A stretch of DNA of 64,000 nucleotides from Nemertoderma westbladi (GCA_032718475.1 JAUCBJ010003070.1:126279-190278); one strand, 5' to 3'; numbered from the stretch's first letter, positions 47,983-60,035 are shown. Translations and numbers: made by a program. The notes: generated by a model from the letters alone, not told the origin.

Positions 47983-50900
47983 GGGGCGTCGGCGGCGTTA
48001 AAGGTCCAGCTAGACGCCGTTATCCGTAGCTGGTCGTCCACCTGTCTTTGATTCCAGTCCTTTACGTAAGCCTGAATTTCGTTGTTGGCACCAATGAAGT
48101 TCGTTCCCTTATCGGATCTCATCGTGTTGCTAGTTCCGAAACGAGCGATCTGTCGTCGTAAACATAAGACGAAGCTGTTAGTAGATAGATCGTTCACCAT
48201 ATCGAGATGGATAGCTCTACAAGTCATGCAGACAAAGATTACACACCATCTCTTGACTATAGTTCTAGCACGATACACTTCAATAGGGCCAAATAAATCC
48301 ACACCAGTATTAGTAAAGGGTGGTTCATAAAAGCTTACTCGTTCCCTAGGTAATTCTGCCTCTCGCTGTGTTAAAGGCCTACTGAATGCTTTCCTACAAG
48401 GTATGCAGTTCCTAAGAACTTGATTCAGAGCTCTACGTGGTCTATGAAAATAATAGCGAGTTCGAATTTCGCTAAGAACTCGTTCTCTACCAGCATGATA
48501 CAGTTTACTGTGAACATCTACAATCATCTTGATTTGTACTTCAAGATTACTAATGAGTATAGGGAATTTAGTATCAAAGGATAATGGTGCGTTGGTAAGT
48601 CTTCCTCCAACACGTATTAACCCATCTATCATTGTGCTAGAGAAGCGATCCCTTAAGCGCATCTGCGGATTTCTCAATAACAGAAAATACCTATCGGAAT
48701 CCTCATAGCATTGCAGGAGTCTCAGTAGCTGCTTATTAGTTTCTTCATGCTCCTGGTAACTGATCTTCTCCTTTAGAAACCGGTCTGATATCTTGTACTT
48801 AGGTAGATCTTTAATAACATGAACTTGCGCAGATGTCACTGGAGCAGGATCACTAGTGGTCTGCGTCCTGGAGTAGTGATGGTGAAAACATCTCTTTAAG
48901 TATGTGACGGCTTTACAGAGACGATTCCAGGAACTGTAATGATGCAGTGCTCTCTGCAGCAGGGGTGAGATTCCTTGCGAGACGTCTGGTATCCCAGATT
49001 TCCAATCTCTGTCTCTAATTTCCACAACAGACTTGTTTGTGGCGAGGGATTGTGGATCCAAAGTATCGTTTTCGGCAGTATGTAATACAGATAGATCGAT
49101 TGTTGGTTTAAATAACTTCGATTTACTTGTCCGAGTTTTGGGTTTGACTTTCTCCGCTCCCTTGGCTTGTCTAATCTCAGCCGTAGTAAGGTGAGGAGGC
49201 CATTCATCCTCTTCCTTGCTCAGGAAGTCGGGTCCACCCAACCAGTCAGGAGTATCTATCAGTTCCTGTGGAGTTGCTCCTCTGGAGGCGATGTCAGCTG
49301 GGTTAATCGTACCAGGGCAATGTCTCCATTGATCTATCGTTGTGCGACTAAGAATAATGGCCACTCTGTTAGTAACAAAGACGCTGAACTGACAGACTTC
49401 ATTCGTTATATATTCCAACACAAGTAAAGCGTCGGTCCAATAAACAGTTTTCTCCAGTGGATAATCGATCTGTTCTGTTACATTCCGTCCGATAGCTGTA
49501 GCGTATAAAGCTGCTTTTAACTCTGCCCGAGGAACCTTCAGCTTGTTGTTAATCAATGCCTTAGAGGTAACCAAGGCAACTTTGATTCCATCCGGAGTTT
49601 CGACTCGCAGGTATGCTACTATACCTATTCCCATATCGCTGGCATCTCCGAATACATGGAGTTGATAGGAATATGTAGGGAGAACATGACCAAAATATGA
49701 ACGGGAAATTATAAAGTTCTCGATGGCAGGTAGCGAGTCCTCCCATTTCATCCATTTCTTTAATAGTTCTCCCTTGAGTGGATCGTCCCACGAGTGGTTT
49801 TCAAGCCACATTTGTTGTACTAAACTCCGAGCAATCAATATAACTGGGCTAATAAATCCCAAGGGATCGAAATAAGTGCTCAGAATACTTAAACAAATCC
49901 GTTTGGTCCGAACTGGATTATCTCGCTGTTTTAGCTGAAAAAACAGGATATCTCTTTCTGTGTCCCACTTCAAGCCAAGCGTCTTGGTTTCCGGAAGATC
50001 GTCATGTATTAAGTCGAGGTCTTTTGATCCCCGGTCTTCTACAGATATTGCTTCCAGAAACTCACGGGAGTTGCTGGTGAACTTCGTCAATCGAAATCCA
50101 CCTCTTTTCAAACACTCAACCGTTCCTTTCGCGACATCAATGGCTTCTTTTACTGATGGAAGGGACTTTAAATTGTCGTCCATGTATATGTCTCGTTTGA
50201 TGTTATCTATCACCTCTTTGGAGAAGGCGTCCCGGTTGTCATCCGCAGTGGTACGAACCACTGAGCAGGCGTTTGAAGGGCTTGATATAATCCCAAAAGC
50301 CTGGATGGTCATCCAGTACTCTACCGGTTTCTGGTTGAGATCTCCTTCAGGCCACCACAGGAATCTTAGGCTGTCTCTATCACGATCCAACGCCTTGACT
50401 TCTAAGAACATTCCTTCTATATCGGAGGCGAACGCGATGGAATATTGTCTTAATCTTAAAAGTATTCCCAATAAAGATTGGAGCAAGTTGGGTCCTGGTA
50501 ACAACTCGGAATTGAGGGATTGGCCCATATATAGGGCGGAGCCATCAAATACGACCCGTACTTCATGGGGTTTACCGGGTTTGGGAACGTAATGATGTGT
50601 TAGATAATAAGTTCTTTCAGTTATTGGAGTTCCTTCCGGTACTCGCTCCGCATATCCCTTTGTGATAAATTTCTTCAACTGAGTTTGGTACATTTCCTTA
50701 GCTGAAGCATTTGCCGTAAGACGTCGATGTAATTGATTGATTCTTTTCTCAGCCAAAGGTCTGTTATTTATAAATCTAGGTTCCCGTTTTCGAAATGGTA
50801 GTCCGATTTCATATCTACCTTGATCTTTTAAAAAACGTGTGGTTGTTTCCTGGATTTGCTTGGCTCTTTCTTCTTCTATCGACAGGGCTTTGTCGTATGA

Positions 50901-53900
50901 ATTGGGTTCTACTAATTCTTGGGTAAAGAATCGTATGGCGAGTTCGTCCCGAGTTCTAGCGTTGTAGCGCTCTACCTCGTCATTAAGTTCGTCATTATAA
51001 ATCATGGATTCCGTTGGGCGAATCAGTTGACATAGGTTCGCTTGGTTTTTCCAAGTATGATTCTCTGTAAGTAGGTCAATTGTGTTCTCTTCTTCGAAGA
51101 GTTGGTAGATGTTGTCATTATCTGAGGAGTATGGTGTTCCCTCAGTTAGTTCGTCCACTTCACTGCTTTCCACTTCCCAATCGTTTACTTGATATATTTG
51201 TTCGTGTGGCATTCTCTCTTCGAGAGTTCTACGGGAAGGGCCAGTAAAGTACCAACCTACTCTAGTTCTTACCGCATAGGTTTGCAGTGGCTGTGGTTGA
51301 GCAGGCCGTTTCTCTAATGTTTCGAGCGCCTCGTGCGCGTTTTGGCCGATGAGTATTTGCACTCCAGGATAATCTGTCTGGAATCGAGGTATCTTAAGAT
51401 GTTGGATGCTCTCATCTTCGTCCCAATTATAAAGGTCTGCTTGAGTAGTAGCAAAGTTCTTTATAGCCACCATTTTTACTGACCTTATACCTTGTGTTCC
51501 TAACTTATCCTGGGGGGTGGACAACACACCTACATAGTAATCTGCCGTTAGGGTAGATTTCCAAACCTGCATAATTCCTGACATATTCAATTTAGTCCGG
51601 AACTTGGGTTGTCCAGCAAAGATATCTTCGGCTAGTTCTTGATCGATGAATGTTCCTGTGCTGCCGGAGTCAAGGAGGGCGTTCACTATGTAGCTTTTGT
51701 TAAGACCGTGAACTCTTACTTGAACTACAGGAAATTCTCTGATTCCTACGTTGGAAGCTGGAGCTTTCCAAGATGGTTGTTTGGTGAAAGTAGTTGGGGG
51801 AAACTCATCGTTGATGTCCTTTTCGTAAGTAAGTGCTCGATACACTGCGGTATTTATTAGATAACAGGATTCATTGGCATCGGAGAATTCGTCAGTATAG
51901 AATCCTTCCATCTCAGACTCTTGATCAGTGTCGTTTACGTCACTGAATTGGACATGTAGTTCGGGCTCACTTACCTGACTCTGTCTGTCTCGTTCGAACT
52001 CACTGTGTAACAAGATGTTATGTTTCGCGCCACACTTTGCACACTTTATGTCGGAGTAACAGGTTCGCCGTTGATGTCCTGGTCTGAGGCAATTATAGCA
52101 TAACCGCTTGTCCCATACGACTGTACATCTGTCTACAAGGGATTTCTTTAGAAATTCAGCACACGCACTCAAACAGTGGGTCCCGTCGCACAGCGCACAG
52201 TTAGGTTTTATGTTACTCACTTTACCTTGGGTAACTTGATGCACTCTCGTTTTTTCTTCGGGTTTTCTTCGGTGCATTCTGTTAGGAGACTGAGGAGGGG
52301 TCTTGGCAACCTGTTCTTTCCTATCGTTGTTTCGAGCCTTGTATTTACTTACGTCCTTTGAGGTTTTGTCAACATAGTAAGATCGGTCTGTGTCTTTCCC
52401 ACTGTCCTCTTCTTGGGAAGCTTGGCTTTCGCCGTCGTCAGTGTAACACACCGGTGTTACTCTTCTCCTAGAAGTGGGTTTCTCACTTACCTTATTTTCC
52501 GATGTTTTCTCTCTGGACTGCTTGATGAGTTGTAGTTTTACTTCACCATCTAAGAAAGACATGAGATCAGCCATGGTAGGACTTCGTCGTTGTTGTTCAT
52601 TCATGTACATCACTTTCTTGTCCCAGCGTGTACATACTCCACCCTTTGGTAAAGTAGAGACTACGGCTCCAATAACCATGGAACTCTGATATTCATGCGA
52701 CTTACCTAACCAGTCCAGTTGTCTACAGATCTCTTGAATCTCATCGGAAAACTCTATAATCCCGCTACTAAGGAAGTGTCGGGGGGCTACTAATTTTGCA
52801 TACAAATACTTAGCTATGTTATCCTTGTTACCATACCTGATGTTTAATGTATCCCAAACTTGTCTTAATCCTTCTGGATGTCCAATAAACTTTAACGCCA
52901 TTAACTTGGGAGGTCCTTCCAAGCACTTGATGAGGAATCTAAGTTTCTCTCCGTTAGATAGTACAGAGTTCTGTATGCTATCTTTGTAATATTCGTTGAA
53001 AGGTAACCATTTCATCTCATCTCCATTGAATTTGACGATCTCTCCCACTTTGACCGCTTGGCGGGCTTCTGTTCTAGCCATCTGACGCGTAAAGCTTTCT
53101 TGGGCCATCGTGTTATTTAATATCGAATTATCGGTATATAAATTTCTCGGATTATTATCAGGTCTATAGGGAATATTATTAGCAACAGGCGTATAATCAC
53201 CCTTAATAGGGTTTGCTATAGGAGTTTCTACTTCACTAGCAGTATAGATGCGTGTAGGCTCCACACCTTGCGCATGTAGTACTTCAGACCTAACAGGTTG
53301 ACACAATGTTACAGGGGGTATTGGTATGCCCTTTTGGATATTGACTAATTTGTCGCGTTCTAGTGCGATACTTTGCTGCACTTCTTGCAACTCTGCTCTA
53401 CCTTCCCTCACTGTTCCCTTAAGTTGGTGGACAGTCTCCTGCATCTGTCCTAGCAGGAGATTCATCCCCCGCCGTCCCTCTTCTACCCACTCAACCGCCG
53501 AAGCGGGAGTCGCCAACATAGTAGCGGGCTGACGCGGGACGACGGGAGACAAATCTTTGATTTCTCTCTCTGCTATCCGGACAGGGATATTCTCTTGGAC
53601 TGTTCCACCGGGTACAGGCAGTGTAGTACTATGTAAAGGGAATTTAGAGTTAAGCTCTGGAAGTATAGGGGTCTCTAACACAGAAGTGACTTTGGGAACG
53701 ACAGGCCTAATTATTTCAGGCTCATCAACTATTGTAGGGAGTCTTTTGACCTTAATAATTTGGGCTGTAGGTTCTATACTACTCAAGTCTGTGCTAGCTA
53801 GCTGTCTTCTAACAGCTGGGGGCAAATCAGGCAATTTGCGACGGTAAGATGTTTTTCTACGCCTACTTAGATGAGATCTATTTCCTCCGCCTTCAGGATC

Positions 53901-55043
53901 GGTGGTCTCGCCTTCCTCCGAGGATGTGTATCCCTGGCGCTTGGGAGTAGATTTTCTCATCATCTGCATTTGATTAGCAGTAAACTGTTTATTTAGACTG
54001 TCTTGCGTCTCTTGCAGATTTTCCAACTCCAGTTGGATAGTCTCCTCAGAAGCTCTCCGTTCTGCTTCTGCCACTGCTGCTTTTCTTTCTGCTTCTGCTT
54101 CTGCCGCCTTTCTTTCGGCTTCTGCTTCTGCCGCTTTTCTTTCGGCTTCTGCTTCGGCCGCCGCTGCTGCTGCCACCTTTCTTTTCTCTATCCGTTCTTT
54201 CTTTACTTGTTCTTCTCGGACTCTAGTGAGGCGGAGTTTTTCATCAAATTCAGCTTGGTTTGCAGCTAACATTTCGGCATCGATTGAGTCCAACACAAGC
54301 TTGGTTCCTTCACTATTAGGGGAAAGTCCAGACAGCCGTCTCCTCAACTCTTCGTCTCCTAGGAATCGCTGATAGTCGGACAGATAAATGTCGATAGCGT
54401 CTCTAGTTCGCGGTTTCTCGGCGGTCTCTTCGCTTTCCACTTGAGAAAGGGTGACATCAGTTTGTTCTTCATAGGTTGATCTTTCAGCCAGCTGGGATTT
54501 CCACTGGGCCGTTTCCTGTACTTTGAGACCTACCCGATGTAACCAAGTTTTGACAGCAACCTGCAGCGACGTATCCTGTCTTCTTTTGGAAGTTTCTTCA
54601 AAGGCTGAGAGGATTAGTCGAATGCGTAGGGTTCTTTCGCGTACTTGGTATAGCAGCTCTTCCTGCTCTTGAGGTCCTTGGGGTTGTCGAAACAGTTGTT
54701 CTTCCAATCGCTCCAAGGAGCCGAAGAATCCCTGCACATATCCTGCTGCCGACCTCTTCCAAACAGCTGGATCCATTGTATCTTTAGCCACTCCCATCCT
54801 GTGTATATCTTCCCAAGTAGCCTCGGACAGATCCAACGGGAGTCCGAGTCCGGGAAAGTTCCATTTTGACTCGACAATAGACATCAATTCTTCCCTGGCG
54901 TATCCCGCATAATTATCTTGGGTCGCTCGCTTATTTCTCGCCCAGTCGGCTTGATGTTCCTCCACCGCAATGAATATAGTAGTTAGCACTGCAGCAGGAA
55001 GGGTGAGAAGGGGGTCCGAGTAGACTGTAGCAGCCATCTGCAC
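47928..55043 (-). CDS. gag-pol: BEL/Pao Gag-Pol polyprotein
   Basis: Gag with three zinc knuckles, PR LLDSGS, RT VRVVFDGS/DIEGMF/YMDD, RNase H VFGDAS...NPADIASRG, IN HHCC plus GVDLFGP/SDKGTNF/WERL. Confidence 0.97.
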   Translation of the reverse strand: MQMAATVYSDPLLTLPAAVLTTIFIAVEEHQADWARNKRATQDNYAGYAREELMSIVESKWNFPGLGLPLDLSEATWEDIHRMGVAKDTMDPAVWKRSAAGYVQGFFGSLERLEEQLFRQPQGPQEQEELLYQVRERTLRIRLILSAFEETSKRRQDTSLQVAVKTWLHRVGLKVQETAQWKSQLAERSTYEEQTDVTLSQVESEETAEKPRTRDAIDIYLSDYQRFLGDEELRRRLSGLSPNSEGTKLVLDSIDAEMLAANQAEFDEKLRLTRVREEQVKKERIEKRKVAAAAAAEAEAERKAAEAEAERKAAEAEAERKAAVAEAERRASEETIQLELENLQETQDSLNKQFTANQMQMMRKSTPKRQGYTSSEEGETTDPEGGGNRSHLSRRRKTSYRRKLPDLPPAVRRQLASTDLSSIEPTAQIIKVKRLPTIVDEPEIIRPVVPKVTSVLETPILPELNSKFPLHSTTLPVPGGTVQENIPVRIAEREIKDLSPVVPRQPATMLATPASAVEWVEEGRRGMNLLLGQMQETVHQLKGTVREGRAELQEVQQSIALERDKLVNIQKGIPIPPVTLCQPVRSEVLHAQGVEPTRIYTASEVETPIANPIKGDYTPVANNIPYRPDNNPRNLYTDNSILNNTMAQESFTRQMARTEARQAVKVGEIVKFNGDEMKWLPFNEYYKDSIQNSVLSNGEKLRFLIKCLEGPPKLMALKFIGHPEGLRQVWDTLNIRYGNKDNIAKYLYAKLVAPRHFLSSGIIEFSDEIQEICRQLDWLGKSHEYQSSMVIGAVVSTLPKGGVCTRWDKKVMYMNEQQRRSPTMADLMSFLDGEVKLQLIKQSREKTSENKVSEKPTSRRRVTPVCYTDDGESQASQEEDSGKDTDRSYYVDKTSKDVSKYKARNNDRKEQVAKTPPQSPNRMHRRKPEEKTRVHQVTQGKVSNIKPNCALCDGTHCLSACAEFLKKSLVDRCTVVWDKRLCYNCLRPGHQRRTCYSDIKCAKCGAKHNILLHSEFERDRQSQVSEPELHVQFSDVNDTDQESEMEGFYTDEFSDANESCYLINTAVYRALTYEKDINDEFPPTTFTKQPSWKAPASNVGIREFPVVQVRVHGLNKSYIVNALLDSGSTGTFIDQELAEDIFAGQPKFRTKLNMSGIMQVWKSTLTADYYVGVLSTPQDKLGTQGIRSVKMVAIKNFATTQADLYNWDEDESIQHLKIPRFQTDYPGVQILIGQNAHEALETLEKRPAQPQPLQTYAVRTRVGWYFTGPSRRTLEERMPHEQIYQVNDWEVESSEVDELTEGTPYSSDNDNIYQLFEEENTIDLLTENHTWKNQANLCQLIRPTESMIYNDELNDEVERYNARTRDELAIRFFTQELVEPNSYDKALSIEEERAKQIQETTTRFLKDQGRYEIGLPFRKREPRFINNRPLAEKRINQLHRRLTANASAKEMYQTQLKKFITKGYAERVPEGTPITERTYYLTHHYVPKPGKPHEVRVVFDGSALYMGQSLNSELLPGPNLLQSLLGILLRLRQYSIAFASDIEGMFLEVKALDRDRDSLRFLWWPEGDLNQKPVEYWMTIQAFGIISSPSNACSVVRTTADDNRDAFSKEVIDNIKRDIYMDDNLKSLPSVKEAIDVAKGTVECLKRGGFRLTKFTSNSREFLEAISVEDRGSKDLDLIHDDLPETKTLGLKWDTERDILFFQLKQRDNPVRTKRICLSILSTYFDPLGFISPVILIARSLVQQMWLENHSWDDPLKGELLKKWMKWEDSLPAIENFIISRSYFGHVLPTYSYQLHVFGDASDMGIGIVAYLRVETPDGIKVALVTSKALINNKLKVPRAELKAALYATAIGRNVTEQIDYPLEKTVYWTDALLVLEYITNEVCQFSVFVTNRVAIILSRTTIDQWRHCPGTINPADIASRGATPQELIDTPDWLGGPDFLSKEEDEWPPHLTTAEIRQAKGAEKVKPKTRTSKSKLFKPTIDLSVLHTAENDTLDPQSLATNKSVVEIRDRDWKSGIPDVSQGISPLLQRALHHYSSWNRLCKAVTYLKRCFHHHYSRTQTTSDPAPVTSAQVHVIKDLPKYKISDRFLKEKISYQEHEETNKQLLRLLQCYEDSDRYFLLLRNPQMRLRDRFSSTMIDGLIRVGGRLTNAPLSFDTKFPILISNLEVQIKMIVDVHSKLYHAGRERVLSEIRTRYYFHRPRRALNQVLRNCIPCRKAFSRPLTQREAELPRERVSFYEPPFTNTGVDLFGPIEVYRARTIVKRWCVIFVCMTCRAIHLDMVNDLSTNSFVLCLRRQIARFGTSNTMRSDKGTNFIGANNEIQAYVKDWNQRQVDDQLRITASSWTFNAADAPWWGGSWERLIRSVKTAL

Positions 55044-55094
55044 TCCGCGTTCGGGGGTCAGCTCTACAGTATCCGAACTACTGGAGCTATCGGG

Positions 55095-55349
55095 TCACTG
55101 GGAAGTAGGTTCTTGACCAAGATGTTGCTGCGATAGGACAACTGCCTCTTGGTTCCGTTTGACCTGTGCTCGAGTGCCTATGATGGACCTATGGTGGACT
55201 AGCCTAGGGTCTGATACTACTGGAGGGATGACCTTTCTTGCAGTAGGAGGTGAGCTGAACTCCTTTCTTAATCGCTCCACACTCCTATCTGTGTCACAGA
55301 TGGTTGTATCGATCAGACTGTCTGACAGGTTTTGCTGAGTGTCAGACAT
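55095..55349 (-). CDS. gag: Probable true N-terminus of Gag, separated by one in-frame TGA
   Basis: Same frame as 55043; MSDTQQNLSDSL matches the start MSDTKRALSDSL of the sister element. Confidence 0.8.
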   Translation of the reverse strand: MSDTQQNLSDSLIDTTICDTDRSVERLRKEFSSPPTARKVIPPVVSDPRLVHHRSIIGTRAQVKRNQEAVVLSQQHLGQEPTSQ

Positions 55350-56719
55350 GTTTATCTATACAGTTGAATGTCTACTACTATAGTTTCAGTTAAAGCAAGT
55401 CTAGTAATTCAGTATGACCGCAAGCCTAGCGATTTATTACCGATACCGTTACTCGGTGTAATGTGATATATATACAATATATTAGAATACCGGTATGCTT
55501 ATAGTATATATATAAGTATTATTACAGACTAGCTTTGTCACACAGTACCGGTATATAATTTTAGCACAAATATATATAAATATATAATAGGCCTATCGTG
55601 AATACCGGTATACAGCTTACACTTATAGTATATATAAGTATAATTATGAACTAGAATTAATTACAGAATACCGGTATGATTTCAGCTCAAATTTATAGAA
55701 ATAAATATAATAAGCCTATGGTAAATACCGGTATGTCAATTATTTTTAGAATAATTGAATTTCTGAATATTTTAGGGTTACTTGGTTACTTTAACTTACT
55801 TTATTACCGTTATTTAAGCAGTAGTCCAACTGATATTGAGACCTAGTTGTTGTATGGCAGGCCTACTATTTATAAATCGTTTGAGTTGATTTATAATATA
55901 TATATACCCGTTTAAAATGGGTTTTGTCTATATTTGAAATAAATGTTATTATTCCTGGGGTTCACTACACAGAAGCTGTGCGCTCTCAGTGAAGTGCTAT
56001 TTATGGGACACTAAAACAGATAATTCTAATTTACCTAAGTTACTTAATACTACAAATTACTTACGATACGGGTGAGATTAATTTCTCTAATTAAAATACA
56101 ACAAAAATATTACGTACGAAATTTTTTAGGGTAATTTTACAGGAAGTCTACAAACCAGCCTAACAAAGGGTTAGATTTCTGGTTATTACAACGGACAGGG
56201 TACTACGGTATTTGAAATAATAAGTAGCAGTAAATATATTGCACTGTCCAGATAGGAAAATACCACCGCCTGACGACCTATAACCGTATCGCTATAGGTA
56301 CTACGTTATGTATCACGGAGTGTTCCTACCCAGAAGTTAATAGAGCTAACGAATGTGCCTATCAACCACTTTACAACACAAATATACTGCCTACACACTA
56401 ATTACTTCGGAAAGCACTGTACACTAAACCCTAAATTAGGTACAAGTACCGGTACAACAAATAATCAGTAGTTAAATATACTTGAACAGTTAAAAGAACC
56501 ACGGCATCTGCTGGAGTGACCAGAGCACAAAGTCACCAGTCTTGTCCTACGCCAAGCAGCCCGTGTAGTACCGGGGTTAATTTAACTATAACGGTATGTA
56601 TAACAAGCACAATTACTGTAGGAATAAACTTGGGGACATGAATGTTGCGAATAATCGCATAAACTCTGAATAATAAATATTACGCTACCCGTACAGAATA
56701 CTCAAACAAAATACAAACC

Positions 56720-57560
56720 AAACGCTGGCAGACTACCACCAAGCCTAAATAAACTACCGTACGTGTAGATTCTGAAATGGTTAGTTAGTATGCGTTCTAA
56801 CACGGTAGTACGACTTATTCTTTAAGAGGGGATTGACCTTACAGCATATGGCTGCCCCAACTTACTAACGGCACTTTATCAGACAAACTCCACACACACA
56901 GCAATCTCTTCAGACCTAATAATAGCTAGACAACAATCCAGCCTACAAAATATCTGAGTAATAACTATTACGGTACCTGAACAGACCACACAAACAAACA
57001 CAGGCTAAAACGCTGGCAGACTACGATCAAGCCTAAATAAACTACAGTATATGCAGATTCTGAAATAGTTAGTTAGTATGCGTTCTAACACGGTAGTACG
57101 ACTTATTCTTTAAGAGGGGATTGACCTTACAGCATATGGCTGCCCCAACTTACTAACGGCACTTTATCAGACAAACTCTACACACGCCGTAATCTCTCCA
57201 AACCCAACAACAGTCAGACAGCAGCTCAGCCTACAATTATCTGAACAATCTGAGCAGACTTACACGTCTTCAGCTCAATATTAACTTACTAGGAAATAAA
57301 ACCGACAGAAATAAGTAAAATCTCAATAAAAACCAGGGCTGCAGTCCCTGATTAAATACTAAGACCTACCGGTATACAATAATCAAATTCGAATAATACT
57401 AATGTACTTATACAGCAGTACCGGTTAGGACAGTTGGGCCTACAGACCTACAGAAGTACCGGTTCCGGCAGTTGGACCTACGGACCTACAGCAGTACCGG
57501 TTCTGGCAGTTGGGCCTACTGACCTACAGAAGTACCGTTTCAGGTTTACCGGTCACTACG
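56720..57560. repeat. Leader repeats: ~288-bp duplication and four ~38-bp units near the PBS position
   Basis: aaacgctggcagactac at ~56720 and ~57008; (c/a)agtaccggtt...gacctaca repeats at 57415-57560; same layout at 23864-24710. Confidence 0.85.
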
Positions 57561-57608
57561 GTATTTTGCAACCTTATTGCTTACTGCAATAAGATCTATA
57601 ACTGTTAC

Positions 57609-58953
57609 TGTTCGCGCTTTTGAAGACCTTTAGCAGTTTAACCTGCCAAAATTTATATGTCTTTTAGTTAATTAACACACCTTTAGCATACGACAATATT
57701 TTATGCTAATAAACAAAACATTAGCCGAAGCCAGCCCATGCGCGATCATTCACCCGATGGATACACCCGGGAGGCTGAATTCGGATGCTTAAATTTTATT
57801 ATTGCAGTGTAAGGTTGCAGTGTAAACCTACTGTATTATTCGATTGATCGTTAATAATTAATTTCTGACAGATATTATTAGCTTTCGGGAAATATTAACA
57901 GTTCCTTTAGGACGTGGCGCTCTATCTATTTAAACAGAGCTAGGACTTATACTAAACGCAACGATAATGCTTATGATTAAAGTATAAGGCGCATTCTTTA
58001 GGAAATGCTTTGTTACCAATCACAATCATGCACACGATTCTGCCGACCGTCAGTAAATTTGATCACACATAAAGAGAACAGCAATTGACTCATGTAGTGT
58101 CTGCTAAATAACATTAGATTCAATACACACCACATTGATATAAATCGCAATTGTTATGTATAGCCTGTCTCTCTAACCTGTAGTGTATCAAGAAAATTGG
58201 GAATTTTGGGTGATTTATCCGTATTCTCCAAAGGGCAATATTTCATCAACAAATCGATACAATTAGTAACTGACGGTAAATAACAGTACAAACAATATAA
58301 TTAATAAGTAAAGTTCGGGAGAATCATATGACTACCAGTGAGTTAGTTAGTTAGTGAGGTAACAGTTATACTTTCAATAATTTAAGCAGTTTTACTAGAG
58401 TTCTTCCCAAAAGCCGGTGTTATGGCGAAAAATGGGAACACAACAACAGAATCATATGAAGAATCATATGACTACCAGTGAGTTAGTTAGTTAGTGAGGT
58501 AACAGTTATACTTTCAATAATTTAAGCAGTTTTACTAGAGTTCTTCCCAAAAGCCGGTGTTATGGCGAAAAATGGGAACACAACAACAGAATCATATGAA
58601 GAATCATATGACTACCACTCTATACGAGGATACCAACTACCCTTATTCCCCGAAGCTCCTGTCCAACACAGAGGATGAGCATACAGATAGGAAATTCAGT
58701 TCAGTAGCTCTGGGATAGGTCGAAATCAACGCCAACTCAAATTCTATTGGCCGATACGGAACACAGGGCTGAGGCAACCTCCCTAAGCTGGTTGGCCGAT
58801 CGAACAGAACCCAGATCCCTTCGCACAGCAAATCAGCCAATCAGCCGGTAGCTTGCACTATTCTAGCTAGATATCCCTTTTTAGAGTATTCAGCGACTGG
58901 GGGGAACTGGTTAGCAAAGCAAACGAATCAGTTATCCCACAAAAGCTTTTACA
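57609..58953 (-). repeat. 5' LTR
   Basis: Direct repeat of 40009-41353. Confidence 0.97.
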
Positions 58954-59369
58954 ACTATAACTGGGAGAGTCAAAGCTAGTGTACACTAGAGTCAGTCAAG
59001 AGCTAGGAAAAATAATAATGCTCATCTAGGGTTCGAACTCACGACCTTCTAATTAGAAAACTAAGCAAATGATCCAGCTTGAATGCTTTAGACCCTTACT
59101 CTTAGGCATCGAGCAGCCAATGAGAGAGCAGATGCAAGTACAGTGGTAAAGCCCATCCATGGAGAGATATGTTCACACTAACTCCCAAGGATAGTTATAC
59201 TCACCATTCAAATATCCCTTTCAAACCAAATTCCCCCAGCATCTAAAGTATTCCACTTCAGTGCAAAATATATAGAGATTTAGTTGGATTTTAACTTGTG
59301 CTTGCAAACTCTTTTGTGCTCGTATATTATAATTTATTGTTCATGTAACGCAATATAACTCGGCTATTT

Positions 59370-60035
59370 AGTCTGTGCCTCAGTGAGGCATAGTCTATGC
59401 CTCATTGCCTCAGTGAGGCATAGTCTGTGCCTCAGTGCCTCAGTGAGACATAGTGTGTGCCTCAGTGAGGCATAGTCTGTGCCTCAGTGAGGCATAGTCT
59501 GTGCCTCAGTGAGGCATAGTCTGTGCCTCAGTGCCTCAGTAAAACATAGTCTGTGCCTCAGTGAGGCATAGTCTGTACCTCAGTGAGGCATAGTCTGTGC
59601 CTCAGTGCCTCAGTGAGGCATAGTCTGTGCCCCAGTGCCTCAGTGAGGCATAGTCTGTGCCTCAGTGCCTCAGTGAGGCATAGTCTGTGCCTCAGTGAGG
59701 CATAGTCTGTGCCTCAGTGCCTCAGTGAGGCATAGCCTGTGCCTCAGTGAGGCAAGTCAGTGCCTCAGTGAGGCATAGTCTGTGCCTCAGTGAGGCATAG
59801 TCTGTGCCTCAATGCCTCAGTGAGGCATAGTCTGTGCCTCAATGCCTCAGTGAGGCATAGTCTGAGCCTCAGTGAGGCATAGTCTGTGCCTCAGTGAGGC
59901 ATAGTCTGTGCCTCAGATAGGCATAGTCTGTGCCTCAGTGCCTCAGTGAGGCATAGTCTGTGCCTCAGTGCCTCAGTGAGGCATAGTCTGTGCCTCAGTG
60001 AGGCATAGTCTGCGCCTCAGTGAGGCATATAGTCT
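59370..60035. repeat. Palindromic tandem array in right TIR
   Basis: Reverse complement of the 36030-36540 array, with more units. Confidence 0.95.

Larger units (their letters stand above)
40009..58953 (-). mobile_element. Full-length BEL/Pao LTR retrotransposon with accessory ORF3 (18,945 bp)
   Basis: 1345-bp LTRs with only 4 substitutions found by eye; TG...CA ends; 5-bp TSD ACTAT (40004-40008, 58954-58958); BEL-type gag-PR-RT-RH-IN order. Confidence 0.97.

Noticed and set aside
47920-47985. Programmed frameshift in pol
   Set aside because: Falls within the integrase core region, has no slippery heptamer, and looks like a small deletion.
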